IMG/VR virus record: IMGVR_UViG_3300046463_000520
Span: 1-64,000 of that record
Reading direction: 5' to 3' (one strand)
Length of the DNA stretch: 64,000 nt
Origin: a virus
Shown here: positions 17,231 to 27,249 of the stretch, piece by piece
How the letters are laid out: each line of letters opens with the position of its first letter
How positions within the stretch are numbered: the stretch's first letter is position 1
Program-made: the position numbers and the translations under genes
Notes under the pieces: model-generated
What the model was told of the DNA's origin: nothing
Seen by the model: only the letters and a program-made list of their open reading frames with translations
The model's database searches: none

Positions 17231-20200
17231 AGTGACCGGCAACCCGGCCATTGACGACGGCTCGACCGTCACGAGCGCGAGCGGCGCGGAAGTCGTTGTC
17301 GTGACCCGCCCGCCCGGTGGCGCGTATGGCAAAGACGGACGCGACGGCGCGGAAGGCCCGCAGGGTCCGCAAGGCATCCAAGGTATCCCCGGCGTCCAAG
17401 GTCCGGTCGGCAACAAAGGCCCGACCGGTGACAAGGGCGTGCAGGGCGACAAGGGCGTGCAAGGCGATGCAGGCCCGCAAGGTCCGGTCGGCGACAAAGG
17501 TCCGACCGGCGATCAGGGTGCGCCCGGTCCCGCTGGCACTGTGCCGGGTCCGACCGGCAACAAGGGTCCGACGGGCGACGCAGGCATTCAAGGCCCGCAG
17601 GGTATCCAAGGTCTTCGCGGCGATCAGGGTCCGGCAGGCGCGCAAGGGCCGGACGGCTATCGCGGTCCGACGGGCGACAAGGGCCCGGTCGGCGATCAGG
17701 GTATTCAAGGCGTGCAAGGCCCCGTCGGTCCGACCGGCGACAAGGGTCCGCAGGGCGACGCGGGTCCGAAGGGCGTGCAAGGCGACGCAGGCTTGCAAGG
17801 CTCGAAGGGCTTGACCGGCGACACTGGCGCGAAGGGTCCGACGGGCGATCAGGGTGCGCAAGGTCCGCAGGGCACCAAGGGCTTGACTGGCGATCAGGGT
17901 CCGGTGGGCTATCGCGGTCCGACCGGCGACGCGGGGCCGCAAGGCGCGCAGGGCGACAAGGGTGTAACCGGCGATCAAGGCCCGGTCGGTCCGCAAGGCC
18001 CGGTCGGTCTTCAGGGTCCGGCAGGCAATCAAGGGCCGGTCGGCGACAAGGGTCCGGTCGGCAATCGCGGGCCGGACGGCTATCAGGGCTTGCAAGGCCC
18101 TGCCGGTCTTCAGGGTCCGACGGGCGACAAGGGTCCGACGGGCGACGTCGGCCCGCAAGGTCCGGCAGGCGCACAAGGCACGCAGGGTATCCCCGGCGTG
18201 CAAGGGCCTGCGGGCGACAAGGGCGCGCAAGGTGCGACCGGCGACAAGGGTCCGCAAGGTGACGTCGGCTTGAAGGGCGCGCAGGGCGACGCGGGTCCGC
18301 GTGGTCCGCAGGGCTATATCGGCGAAACCGGCGCGAAGGGTCCGACCGGCGATCAGGGCGCGCAAGGCATTCAGGGTGCGCCCGGCGCGGACGGCGCGAA
18401 CGGCGCGACCGGTCCGCAAGGTCCGGCAGGCCCGCAAGGTCCGCAGGGCACGCAAGGCATTCCCGGCGTAAAGGGTCCGACGGGCGACCAAGGCGCGACC
18501 GGCAATCAAGGCCCGGCAGGTCCGCAAGGCACGCAAGGCTTGCCCGGCGTGGACGGCCACAACGGAACGGACGGTGCGCCCGGTGCGCCCGGCGCGCAAG
18601 GTGCGACCGGCGACAAAGGTCCGACGGGCGACCAAGGCGCGCAGGGCTTGCCCGGCGACAAGGGTCCGGCAGGCGACAAGGGCGTGACCGGCGACCAAGG
18701 CCCGCAAGGTATCCAAGGCTTGCCCGGCGCGCAGGGTCCGCAGGGCATTCAGGGCATTCCCGGCGTGCAGGGTCCGGTCGGCGACAAGGGGCCGCTTGGC
18801 GATCAGGGTCCGGTCGGCACCAAGGGCGCGACCGGCGACAAGGGCGCAACGGGCAATACCGGGCAGGCGGGCGACCCCGGCGCGAGCGGCGTCGGCAATG
18901 GCTTCGTCGTGACGAAAATGTTCCGCAACCGCCGCCGCGTCATCCTGCTTGGCGATTCGATCACGCAGGGCAATAGCTACTTCGATGCGACCAACGGCGA
19001 CGCGCAGTATTCCTCGACGGGCTACGGCGAACAGTCGATTTTCAAGTCGAACGGGCGCTTCACGCTGCTCGGCAACAAGGGCGTCGCGGGCGAGAACACG
19101 GCGCAGATTCGCGCGCGCCTGAAGACGGACGTCTTCGACCTTGCGCCCGATATCGTGTTTTTGATGGCGGGTACGAACGACTTCAACGAGACGTCCACGG
19201 CGGCGACGATTGCGACCGCCATGAACAACATCGAATACATGGTCGTGTCGATGATGATGGCGGGCATTCAGGTCGTGCTCGTGACGCCTCCGGTCAAAAG
19301 CACGTCGGTGCTCGGATGGGATATCACGCGGCAGGCTATCCCCTACTACTACCGGCTCGCAGAGTATTACGACATTCCGCTGGTGGACATGTTCAAGGTG
19401 ACGGCGGACCCGGCGACCGGCAGCTATATCGCGGGCTATTCCGCTGACGGCGTGCATCCGCAGGGTCCGGGCCTGACCGCCATGTCCGATTACATGGGCC
19501 ATGTGCTGCGCAACTTGGAGAACTGGAACGCGGGGCCGTACCTTGCCGCCGTGTCCGAGACGGGTCCGAACAACGCGCCGAACCTGCTCGCCAATGGCTC
19601 GTTCGCGCTTGGCGGCGCGGCGGCATCGAGCCTGTCGGCGTGGACGCCGAACGCGACGAACTCGACGCTTTCCGTTGCTGCCGCGCCAAGCCAGCAAGTG
19701 CAGAACCCGTTTGCGACGTCGTTCAGTGTGAGCGCGATTCAAGGCCCCTACTCGGGCCGCACGTACTCGCACAAGCTCAATACGGCGGTCGGCATGTACG
19801 CGCTGTACGGCTCGGACATGACGAAGAACGTCGCGTTCAAAGACGGCGACCGGCTCGTGTTCTCGGGCCGCGTGAATGCGTCAGGCATGGGCGCGAGCGC
19901 GGCGGGCTTCACCCTGTCCGCGTCTTTCGCGAGCAAGGGCGACGTGCGCCCGCTCAACACGGTTCCGCTCAACGGCGATTATCTGTTCTCCGCTGAATTC
20001 GCGGTCCCGGTCGGCGCGGGCAACCTGAATGTCACTTGCTACGTGCAGGACACGGGCACGTACACCTTCAACAACTTCACGATCCTCAATCGCACGGCGA
20101 TGGATGCGATCTGGAAGCCGGGCGTACAGGTGGTCGGCACGCCGTATGACACGACGGGCACGTATGCGACGGACTCGGCTCTGCTCGCGTGGGCTTACTC

Positions 20201-20450
20201 GCAATCGTGGGGCGTCACGAGCGCGACGCGCGACGCCAACGGTGCGACGACGACCGCCAGCATCGTATGGCCGGACGGCACGCCGGGCGTTTTCACGACC
20301 GACGCGGCGAGCACGGCATTCCCCGGCGAAATCGACGCTTGGCATGTGACCTACGTCAACACGTACATCACGAAGACGCTCTCGCAACCCGCAGTCACGC
20401 GCGACGCGAACGGCGGCATCGCCGCGCAACCTGCACTTATCGTAGTCTGA
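17223..20450 (+). CDS. Collagen-like fibre with SGNH/GDSL esterase, CBM-like domain and C-terminal domain
   Basis: Gly-X-Y run; SGNH blocks LGDSIT, GVAG, GTND, DGVHP. Confidence 0.9.
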   Translation: MSEVTGNPAIDDGSTVTSASGAEVVVVTRPPGGAYGKDGRDGAEGPQGPQGIQGIPGVQGPVGNKGPTGDKGVQGDKGVQGDAGPQGPVGDKGPTGDQGAPGPAGTVPGPTGNKGPTGDAGIQGPQGIQGLRGDQGPAGAQGPDGYRGPTGDKGPVGDQGIQGVQGPVGPTGDKGPQGDAGPKGVQGDAGLQGSKGLTGDTGAKGPTGDQGAQGPQGTKGLTGDQGPVGYRGPTGDAGPQGAQGDKGVTGDQGPVGPQGPVGLQGPAGNQGPVGDKGPVGNRGPDGYQGLQGPAGLQGPTGDKGPTGDVGPQGPAGAQGTQGIPGVQGPAGDKGAQGATGDKGPQGDVGLKGAQGDAGPRGPQGYIGETGAKGPTGDQGAQGIQGAPGADGANGATGPQGPAGPQGPQGTQGIPGVKGPTGDQGATGNQGPAGPQGTQGLPGVDGHNGTDGAPGAPGAQGATGDKGPTGDQGAQGLPGDKGPAGDKGVTGDQGPQGIQGLPGAQGPQGIQGIPGVQGPVGDKGPLGDQGPVGTKGATGDKGATGNTGQAGDPGASGVGNGFVVTKMFRNRRRVILLGDSITQGNSYFDATNGDAQYSSTGYGEQSIFKSNGRFTLLGNKGVAGENTAQIRARLKTDVFDLAPDIVFLMAGTNDFNETSTAATIATAMNNIEYMVVSMMMAGIQVVLVTPPVKSTSVLGWDITRQAIPYYYRLAEYYDIPLVDMFKVTADPATGSYIAGYSADGVHPQGPGLTAMSDYMGHVLRNLENWNAGPYLAAVSETGPNNAPNLLANGSFALGGAAASSLSAWTPNATNSTLSVAAAPSQQVQNPFATSFSVSAIQGPYSGRTYSHKLNTAVGMYALYGSDMTKNVAFKDGDRLVFSGRVNASGMGASAAGFTLSASFASKGDVRPLNTVPLNGDYLFSAEFAVPVGAGNLNVTCYVQDTGTYTFNNFTILNRTAMDAIWKPGVQVVGTPYDTTGTYATDSALLAWAYSQSWGVTSATRDANGATTTASIVWPDGTPGVFTTDAASTAFPGEIDAWHVTYVNTYITKTLSQPAVTRDANGGIAAQPALIVV
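17319..18887 (+). repeat. Gly-X-Y collagen repeat (~174 triplets, one single-residue interruption GTVP)
   Basis: 9-bp periodicity over 1569 nt. Confidence 0.95.
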
Positions 20451-20457
20451 GGAACAT

Positions 20458-22215
20458 ATGGGATTTTTGAATCACGGCGCAATGGCGACGGTCGCGAAGT
20501 GGGCGATTCAGTCGTTCAAGGGTTTCATCCAGACGGGCGCGGGCGCGGTTGGGCGCGCTATAGCTGCGAAGCTGCTTGAATTGCCTGTTACGCCGCAAGA
20601 CTTCGGCGCGAAAGGCGATGGAGTCACGAATGACCAAGCGGCGATGGACGCGGCGAAGACGGCAGCGGGTAGCGCTCCTGTCGCTATGCCTGCCGGGGGG
20701 GTCTTCGCCATCGGGACGGCGGCTCCCGACTATGACGTGAGGGGGCAGGGACAATTATTGGCGGGCGGTGTATCGACGGGCGGGGCGGAACTCTCCTACA
20801 ACCCCGCTCGCGAGTCGGTGTTCTACGCCCCCGCGACCTATCAGCGGGAAGTACAGGGCATCACCTACCCGCTTCCGCGTGGAACCGACTACATCACGTC
20901 TTCGTACAACATGGTATTTTCGCCGGGCAGCAAGCTGAAGGACTACGGCAAGACCATTCGATACGTGGTTGCCTTCGGCAACATCATCGGAAGCTCCCCG
21001 CTCACTTGGGGGTACGTCGATGCCTTCGGCGGTAATGCGCTCGCTTATGCCGGGAACGTCAATCGCACGGTTGCTATCGGTTCCGAATCGCTCGCATGGT
21101 TCGGCGCTCCCAATCAAGCATGGCTTGTCACCTACAAGCATGACTTTTGGCGCAGGCCGCCCGATAACCCCTACATTCCGGGTGAGGCCGGGTGGGATAG
21201 CAGCGGCTTGGAGACGTTGTTCCCCGGCATCGGCGCGCGCCTTGCAGCATTCGCCGGATACTCTGCCGACGAGACGACGAGCGCGTACACGACCACGCTC
21301 GGGCGCGATGCGGGCAACCATCAAGTCACCGGTATTCGAAACGTGTACGCTGGCTATCAGGCCGCTGCGATGACTTTTTCAGGCTCGTATAACGTCGGCA
21401 TCGGGGCACTCGCGCTCTGCAATATGGTGTTCGGCGACTACAACACGGCAGTAGGCGATCACGCGGGGCGCAACTGTCTCGATTCGACCAACGCAACGTT
21501 CGTCGGCTACGGCGCGGGGCGAACGGTCAAGACTGCGACTGGCGCGACGATCCTTGGCGACCGGGCAGCGGACAATGTGACGGACGCGCCCGGCTCGGTC
21601 ATTATCGGTACTCAGGCGGGCGCATCGCATCCGGTATCGCTCGCAAATACGCTCGTCATCGCCAACGACAAAAGCACGGTGAAGCCGCCTTTGGTTAGCG
21701 GCGATTTCAGCAAGCAATACGTCGGCTACAGCATTAACCCTGAAAAAATCAGGGCGCGGATGCACGTCCGGCACGCGGACAGTGGTTCCGTGATTGTCCC
21801 GGCCAATCCGGGTATTTTGGTTGAGGCTCTCGCTATCGCGGCGGTCACTGTCGAGACTGGCCCGGCAGGATTCGGCAAACTCTGTTTCGCTGACGATGCC
21901 AGTCAACAGGCGGGCGGGCTGGAATACAGTCATGCGTCCGACTCGATGGATTTCTTCGCGGGCGGCGCAAGCCGAATGCGGCTCGAAAACAGCGCAACGC
22001 TACGCCCGGCGACGGATGGCGTGGGGCTTCTCGGGCGGATTGCTTACCGCTGGCAAAACGTTTACTCGCAAAACGTCGTCCTGTCGCCGCCCGCATCGGT
22101 GACGCCTGCGAATAATGGCGACGTGACATTTCAGTTAACGAGCAATACTCAACTGACGATCAAGGTAAAAGGAAGTGATGGCACGGTGCGCAGCGTCAAT
22201 CTGACGCTTGCCTGA
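20458..22215 (+). CDS. Tailspike/adhesin-like fibre with beta-roll repeats
   Basis: FIQTGAGAVGR...TPQDFGAKGDGVTND neck; NVGIG/NTAVG/ATFVG repeats. Confidence 0.75.
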   Translation: MGFLNHGAMATVAKWAIQSFKGFIQTGAGAVGRAIAAKLLELPVTPQDFGAKGDGVTNDQAAMDAAKTAAGSAPVAMPAGGVFAIGTAAPDYDVRGQGQLLAGGVSTGGAELSYNPARESVFYAPATYQREVQGITYPLPRGTDYITSSYNMVFSPGSKLKDYGKTIRYVVAFGNIIGSSPLTWGYVDAFGGNALAYAGNVNRTVAIGSESLAWFGAPNQAWLVTYKHDFWRRPPDNPYIPGEAGWDSSGLETLFPGIGARLAAFAGYSADETTSAYTTTLGRDAGNHQVTGIRNVYAGYQAAAMTFSGSYNVGIGALALCNMVFGDYNTAVGDHAGRNCLDSTNATFVGYGAGRTVKTATGATILGDRAADNVTDAPGSVIIGTQAGASHPVSLANTLVIANDKSTVKPPLVSGDFSKQYVGYSINPEKIRARMHVRHADSGSVIVPANPGILVEALAIAAVTVETGPAGFGKLCFADDASQQAGGLEYSHASDSMDFFAGGASRMRLENSATLRPATDGVGLLGRIAYRWQNVYSQNVVLSPPASVTPANNGDVTFQLTSNTQLTIKVKGSDGTVRSVNLTLA

Positions 22216-22229
22216 CCGCGTGCTAATTG

Positions 22230-22253
22230 AAAAACCCCGCTTCGGCGGGGTTT
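22230..22253. terminator. Bidirectional terminator
   Basis: AAACCCCGC-TTCG-GCGGGGTTT between convergent genes. Confidence 0.8.
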
Positions 22254-22256
22254 GTC

Positions 22257-22550
22257 TCATTCGACCGGCTGAAGCGCGATCCAGTCTGTCGCCCAATCGA
22301 CGGCGGCGCGGTTTGCCGCGCCTTCCGTGTCGAAGCTGCCCGGCACGTCGAGCGTGTATTCGCGGATGCCGGGCATTTTCATGACCAATGCACGCGCGCG
22401 CCAGTGGCCGTCTTCCGTGTGCTCGACTTCCGGCGCGATATCCCACTTCACGCAACCGCCGTAGCGGGCCTTCCACGGCCCTTCTTCCTGCTCGCGCAGG
22501 GTCCGAAAGTACGCGGTGTCGTCTATCTCGTTTTCGTCGCGCGGTTCCAT
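22257..22550 (-). CDS. Hypothetical protein
   Basis: RBS GGAGG; FDTEGAANRAAVDWA. Confidence 0.6.
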   Translation of the reverse strand: MEPRDENEIDDTAYFRTLREQEEGPWKARYGGCVKWDIAPEVEHTEDGHWRARALVMKMPGIREYTLDVPGSFDTEGAANRAAVDWATDWIALQPVE

Positions 22551-22575
22551 AATCCCTCCCCCGGAAAACGCCAGT

Positions 22576-23292
22576 TTAGAACAAGGCGGCTTGCGCTGTA
22601 TCAATCGGCGCGGTCTTCGGGCGAATCGCCCGCTCGACCGCTGCTTGCTGCGTGCTCGTGAGCGGCACGGTCGTGACTTCGGGCGCGGGCGGCGCGGCGA
22701 AGACGTCGCCTTCGCACACGAAATTCCCGGTCACGATGATGCCCGCCGCCCTGCCCGGTTTTCCGGGCCTGTAGACGGTCGCATCGGGCGCGGTATAGAT
22801 GCGCTCGAACAGGGCTTCGATAGCCTCGCCTGCGCTCGCGTAGGCGTTCGGAATGCCCGGCACGAAGAACCCGGTGTTATGCGGGATCAGCGAATTGAAC
22901 GGGATGCCAAGGCGGTTTGCCATGACCTGTAGCGCGCGCTCGCCGTCGTCCACGTCGTCAGGCGGCGCGGCATCGACCCATTCGGGCGGCGCGTCTTGCT
23001 TCGGGCGCTTCCATTGCAGCAACTTCTTCGCTTCGTCGGCGGGCAACCACGCCGCGCCGCGCCCGTCGATGACGCACTTCGAGCCGCGCGTCGGTTCCGT
23101 GAGCACATAGCCGGTCACGGTGTAGCGGGCGCGCTCGTTCGCGCGGTGCGCCAAGTCGCGCGCGTAGTCGCTCATTGAATCGAACGGGACGGGCGGCAGG
23201 GTCGGCAGCGGCGGCGCGTCTTCGACCGGCGCGGGCGCGGGGCCGCTCAACAGAAGCGGGCCGTAGAAGGCTCGATGGACAATCAGGTTCAT
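22576..23292 (-). CDS. Hypothetical Pro-rich protein
   Basis: ATGA coupling. Confidence 0.6.
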   Translation of the reverse strand: MNLIVHRAFYGPLLLSGPAPAPVEDAPPLPTLPPVPFDSMSDYARDLAHRANERARYTVTGYVLTEPTRGSKCVIDGRGAAWLPADEAKKLLQWKRPKQDAPPEWVDAAPPDDVDDGERALQVMANRLGIPFNSLIPHNTGFFVPGIPNAYASAGEAIEALFERIYTAPDATVYRPGKPGRAAGIIVTGNFVCEGDVFAAPPAPEVTTVPLTSTQQAAVERAIRPKTAPIDTAQAALF

Positions 23293-23612
23293 GCGACTCT
23301 CTGCATCAGGGACGCGCGCGCCGCCGCCTGCATCGCGGCAAGCGTGGCGCTCGCGCCGAAGGTGAAGCGGCGCGTCACGCGCGCATCGCCCGGTAAGGCC
23401 CATGCCAGTGTCGGCAGGCCGCGCCACGTTCCGGCAGGCACTTGCTCCACTTCGCCGCGCTCGCGCATCGCTTCGAGCACGCGGATGCTGCGCTCGTAGG
23501 GCGTGCCCGCGCGATTGGTGAGCGACTTCGAGCGCGTCGGTCCGTGCTCGCGCAGGTAGTCGGTGAGAATGCGGCGCACGTCGTCATCGCTCAACGGGGT
23601 TTCGACTTTCAC
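23289..23612 (-). CDS. Winged-helix-like protein
   Basis: ILTDYLREHGP...VLEAMRERGEVE. Confidence 0.6.
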   Translation of the reverse strand: MKVETPLSDDDVRRILTDYLREHGPTRSKSLTNRAGTPYERSIRVLEAMRERGEVEQVPAGTWRGLPTLAWALPGDARVTRRFTFGASATLAAMQAAARASLMQRVA

Positions 23613-23778
23613 GGCAACGGCTCCATAGGTTCAGGGTCATCGAGAAAGAAAAGCGACTCCACGCACACGGCGTCGGGGCCTGACGCACAGTTTTCTTCGG
23701 CAACGATCACGCGGTCATACACGACGGCCCCGCAGCATTCGAGCGCGGCGGCGACAATCAAAACGGGGATGATGATTT

Positions 23779-24147
23779 TCATTCGCGGTTCAACTTCCGG
23801 TAGTGCGCGATCATCGCGGCGGGACTCTCGAAGACGGGCGAATCCATGCGCAACTTGCGGCGGTCGTAATAGCCGATGCGCTCGGCAATGCGCATCATCT
23901 GGTTAGGCAGACCGCCTTCACCTTGCTTCTCAAGCATGACGAGCGCGCCCGCGCAGTGCTGCTCACCCTTGTGCGGGATGCACGCGCCGGTATCGTCGTC
24001 GTGGCGAGTCGTTTTGTGACAGGCGAAGGTTTGCTGCTTGCGCGTGATAGCGTCGCAGATTTCGACCACGCGCGATGTGTCGAGATAGAACGTGATATCG
24101 GTTCTAAACGGGCAATTGGCGCACGGCGCGCGCAGGTCGAAATTCAT
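23779..24147 (-). CDS. Cys/His-rich phage protein
   Basis: PCANCPFR...FACHKT...HCAGAL. Confidence 0.7.
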   Translation of the reverse strand: MNFDLRAPCANCPFRTDITFYLDTSRVVEICDAITRKQQTFACHKTTRHDDDTGACIPHKGEQHCAGALVMLEKQGEGGLPNQMMRIAERIGYYDRRKLRMDSPVFESPAAMIAHYRKLNRE

Positions 24148-24797
24148 CAGAGTGCTCCGGTTCCGGTCGAGCCGAAGCCGTTCGCGCCGCGCTCGGTCGT
24201 GCTCAGTTCATCAACCTCGACAAACTCCCACTGCGGTGCGGGCACGAGTTTGCCCTGTGCGATGCGGTCCCCTTCGCGGACCTTCGTGGGCGGCTCGCCG
24301 TCGGCGCGCAGGGCAACATGGATTTCGCCACGGTAGTCCGAGTCAATTATTCCGACTGCATTGCTGAGTCGCATGGCTTCTTTGAAGCCGTGGCCGCTGC
24401 GCGAGTAGATTTCAAGGCACCAACCGGGCGGCACTTCGACGGCCAAGCCAGTGCGGAAAATGACCGCGTGCAGGTCTTTCGGGTGCGGCTTAAAGTGGTC
24501 CGCCTCAATCGCGTGCAGGTCAAAGCACGCCGCGCCAAGGCTCGCGTACTGCGGGATAACCGCATTCGGGTGCAGGCGCTTGAATTTGAGCGGGCCGGGC
24601 GCGTGGGCGCTCGGCAGGCCCATGTATTCGAGCATCGCATCCGCTTCGGTGTAGGCGATTTTCGCGCGGTACGCGACCATATCGGCGACCGTCGGCGTGT
24701 GGTTCCCCAATAGCTTGAGGGTTTCCATGACGGCGTTCCACGGTACGTCGGCGTGCGTGGCGAAGTAGTCGCGAAGGCTGATATTTTCGAGTTTCAT
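24147..24797 (-). CDS. dut: Trimeric dUTPase with N-terminal LRDYFA phage domain
   Basis: dUTPase motifs ACFDL, RSG, GIIDSDYRGE, DRIAQ, RGANGFGSTG. Confidence 0.9.
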   Translation of the reverse strand: MKLENISLRDYFATHADVPWNAVMETLKLLGNHTPTVADMVAYRAKIAYTEADAMLEYMGLPSAHAPGPLKFKRLHPNAVIPQYASLGAACFDLHAIEADHFKPHPKDLHAVIFRTGLAVEVPPGWCLEIYSRSGHGFKEAMRLSNAVGIIDSDYRGEIHVALRADGEPPTKVREGDRIAQGKLVPAPQWEFVEVDELSTTERGANGFGSTGTGAL

Positions 24798-25093
24798 GCG
24801 CTCGCTCCCTGTACCTTCTCGTTGCCGTCGTCGTCGCCGATGACCATTTCGCCGAATGCGCCGACTTCGCGCTTCAGTTCCATATGCAGGCGGTGCGTCT
24901 TGATTTCGGCGTACAGGTTTTCATTGACCTGCGCGGCGAGTTTCGCGACGGTCTGCGCTTGTTCGGGCTTCATTTCGCCCGATACGACTTTGACCATTGC
25001 GTCAGACAGGAACGCGCGCAGATTGCCGGTCTTGCGAATTTTTTGAGTCACGGATTGCCTTTTTGAATTGGTTGAGTGCTTGCTTTGTTTCAT
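24794..25093 (-). CDS. Small phage protein (start uncertain)
   Basis: LRAFL...SGEMKPEQAQTVAKLAAQV; coupled to dut. Confidence 0.55.
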   Translation of the reverse strand: MKQSKHSTNSKRQSVTQKIRKTGNLRAFLSDAMVKVVSGEMKPEQAQTVAKLAAQVNENLYAEIKTHRLHMELKREVGAFGEMVIGDDDGNEKVQGASA

Positions 25094-25604
25094 CGGCCTC
25101 GCGCATGGCTTTGAAGTAAGTCTTCGTCGTCGTTGCGCAAGGTCGGCACATAAAATCGAAAATCTCTACGTGGTGCTGAAATTCCCTGTATCGCGAATAG
25201 TAATAATGCTTGCCGGGCTTGCCTGCCTTTTGCGATTCGCCTATCCACTTACCGCATCGTTCGCATGGCTTCAGTGGCGAGAATTCGCCAGCGGAAGGCG
25301 ACCGATACGCGGCTTCGTCAACAGGGCGCGAGAACTGGCCTTTGTAGAAATAAATCGCCTCTCTCGCGTATATCGCCCCTAGCTTGCGGCCCGGAAAGGA
25401 CGAGTATTTCAGGCAAACTTTTTTTACCGTCTCCGCAACATCATCAATGCTCAGAATCCGCTCTCGGCTCATGCGCTGCAGAACGCGATCAGCGTACTTG
25501 TGCGGGTTATAGCGCCCCGAAAAGCACGCCGTCTCATATCGAATCCGCCAGAAATAGCCCGGTGGCATATTGGGAAGGCCGGGCCGCTGTAGGACGCTTC
25601 GCAT
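25002..25604 (-). CDS. Hypothetical Zn-binding protein, AT-richer
   Basis: CERCG...CRPC; atypical codons. Confidence 0.5.
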   Translation of the reverse strand: MRSVLQRPGLPNMPPGYFWRIRYETACFSGRYNPHKYADRVLQRMSRERILSIDDVAETVKKVCLKYSSFPGRKLGAIYAREAIYFYKGQFSRPVDEAAYRSPSAGEFSPLKPCERCGKWIGESQKAGKPGKHYYYSRYREFQHHVEIFDFMCRPCATTTKTYFKAMREADETKQALNQFKKAIRDSKNSQDRQSARVPV

Positions 25605-26429
25605 TTAGGCCGTCGCTTCGGCTTTCATCTGGTCTTGAACCAGTGCATACGGGTTCGGATAGACTTCCTCGTTGACCGGGCGAATGATCTTTACCGGCTT
25701 GCCGCGCAGGAAAAGAGAAATCGAATGCTGCACGCGCATGAACGTGTCGCGGAACAGGTTCGAGCGCGACAGGGCGACGCCCTTTTCGAGCAAGTAATTG
25801 CGCATCGCGACCGCCGACGATTCGGCGGCTCCCTCGGAAAAGCCGCTATCGAGCACTTCGCAATAGCGCTTCAGCTTTTCCTCGTCGCACTCATGCGAGT
25901 AAGCGCGGGCGATGGCCGCGAGAACCATCGCATTGCGCAGGCCGCGCCCGGTCGGACCGTGTTTGATGGCCCATTCGCAGGCGATGCGATGCTGCTCGAT
26001 GATTGCCATACGCAGCGCGTTCGACAGGTTGCCGTCGCCGCGCGTGCCGTACTCATAGGCGCGCGCCGTGGAAATCAGCGTGTAGCTCAGGCTCGGGTCA
26101 CTGCCCGAAATCTGCGCGGCATCAACGAGCGTGCGGCCCTTGCCGGTGTCGATGTTCAAGCCCGCCTCTTTCGGCAGGCCGCGCAACACGAAGAAGCTCT
26201 GCGACTTGCCCGACTCGACCACGGCCATAAGCCGGTGCTGGCCGTCGGCAACGGACCCGTCTTCGTAGAAGCAAATCGGCATCGCGCAAACCGTCCACTT
26301 GCCCGTCACCATGTCTTGCGCGTATTTGCTCACGGTCCCGTTCGTCGCCTTGCGGTTATTGACGTTCAGGTTCAGATACTTCGCCGCCATCGCGGGCGTA
26401 ATCAGTTCGGTGGTTTGCTTGATAGCCAT
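25605..26429 (-). CDS. ParB/Srx-like N-terminal domain protein
   Basis: ITPAMAAKYL...NRK...YAQDM..GKW...DGQHRL. Confidence 0.75.
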   Translation of the reverse strand: MAIKQTTELITPAMAAKYLNLNVNNRKATNGTVSKYAQDMVTGKWTVCAMPICFYEDGSVADGQHRLMAVVESGKSQSFFVLRGLPKEAGLNIDTGKGRTLVDAAQISGSDPSLSYTLISTARAYEYGTRGDGNLSNALRMAIIEQHRIACEWAIKHGPTGRGLRNAMVLAAIARAYSHECDEEKLKRYCEVLDSGFSEGAAESSAVAMRNYLLEKGVALSRSNLFRDTFMRVQHSISLFLRGKPVKIIRPVNEEVYPNPYALVQDQMKAEATA

Positions 26430-26434
26430 AGTCG

Positions 26435-26605
26435 TTACGTGGTGGTGTGGTGCTTCTGTTTTTCGGCCCATTCGCGATATGCCGGGTCGCGGTAAATAGA
26501 TGACGGGGCGACTTCCAAGCGCGCCGCCGCCGTCTTCAGGTCACACACGCCACGGATGACGAGCGCGACTGCTTCTTCAACTGCGCGGGATTTACGTGCT
26601 CCCAA
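26435..26605 (-). CDS. Small HTH protein (56 aa, not in ORF track)
   Basis: TTG start after GAAGGAGA; LKTAAARLEVAPSSIYR. Confidence 0.55.
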   Translation of the reverse strand: MGARKSRAVEEAVALVIRGVCDLKTAAARLEVAPSSIYRDPAYREWAEKQKHHTTT

Positions 26606-26622
26606 TGGAACTCTCCTTCGTG

Positions 26623-26826
26623 TCAGAACAACCGGCTTTGTCCGGTCTGGTCGGATTCCGGCAGCAAGCCCGCCGCGCCGCCTTCGTCAAACAAGCGCCC
26701 TTGCCCCGCCGCTTCTAGCTCGGCGGGCGTCAGTTCTTCGCCTGCCGCGCAACACTGCACCGCCTTGTAGCGGGCGGCGTGCTTTCCCTTGCACGTCGGG
26801 CATAGGTACATCGGCTTGCCGTTCAT
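26623..26826 (-). CDS. Small Zn-finger protein
   Basis: YLCPTC...AVQCC; RBS GAAGG. Confidence 0.6.
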   Translation of the reverse strand: MNGKPMYLCPTCKGKHAARYKAVQCCAAGEELTPAELEAAGQGRLFDEGGAAGLLPESDQTGQSRLF

Positions 26827-26857
26827 CGGGCCTTCTCTGCGTTTTCCGAATAGCAGG

Positions 26858-26886
26858 ATAGTAATTGCATTACGCGAATTCCACAA
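26858..26886 (-). promoter_or_regulatory. Early sigma70 promoter (divergent variant)
   Basis: TTGTGG-N17-TACTAT. Confidence 0.6.
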
Positions 26887-26908
26887 TAGGGATTCTGATA
26901 TTCATGCG

Positions 26909-26951
26909 TAGGAAAACGCGCGCCTGATTGCGCAGGCCGCGCCCCTACCAT
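26909..26951 (+). promoter_or_regulatory. Late-promoter motif copy
   Basis: TAGGAAAACGC; TACCAT at 26946-26951. Confidence 0.75.
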
Positions 26952-26958
26952 GAAACCT

Positions 26959-27249
26959 ATGGACAAAATCACCCCTGCCGACATTCAGGACATGGTTTCG
27001 CGATGGCTCGCGACGCCGCTGAACGGCTATCTCGGCTCAGGCTTCGGGCAGACCGTCACGGACCTGCTACAGACGCCGCTGCGCACTGGTTTGGCCGATG
27101 CCGTCATCGCCAAGCTGCGCCGCGACGTGCCGATTCTTGGGGCCTTGCCGCGCGGCACGATCAACATGTTTTCCGTTCCTGAAGGACCGGACAAGCTGCG
27201 CATTTTCATCAATGTCAACGGCACGGAAGTGGACGTAGGAACGACCTAA
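26959..27249 (+). CDS. Baseplate gp25-like / P1 PmgA-like protein
   Basis: WLATPLNGYLGSGFG motif; precedes the baseplate J-like gene. Confidence 0.65.
   Translation: MDKITPADIQDMVSRWLATPLNGYLGSGFGQTVTDLLQTPLRTGLADAVIAKLRRDVPILGALPRGTINMFSVPEGPDKLRIFINVNGTEVDVGTT

Noticed and set aside
17319-18887. Tandem repeat resembling an array or DGR region
   Set aside because: The 9-bp periodicity is fully explained by Gly-X-Y coding; there are no spacers and no reverse transcriptase
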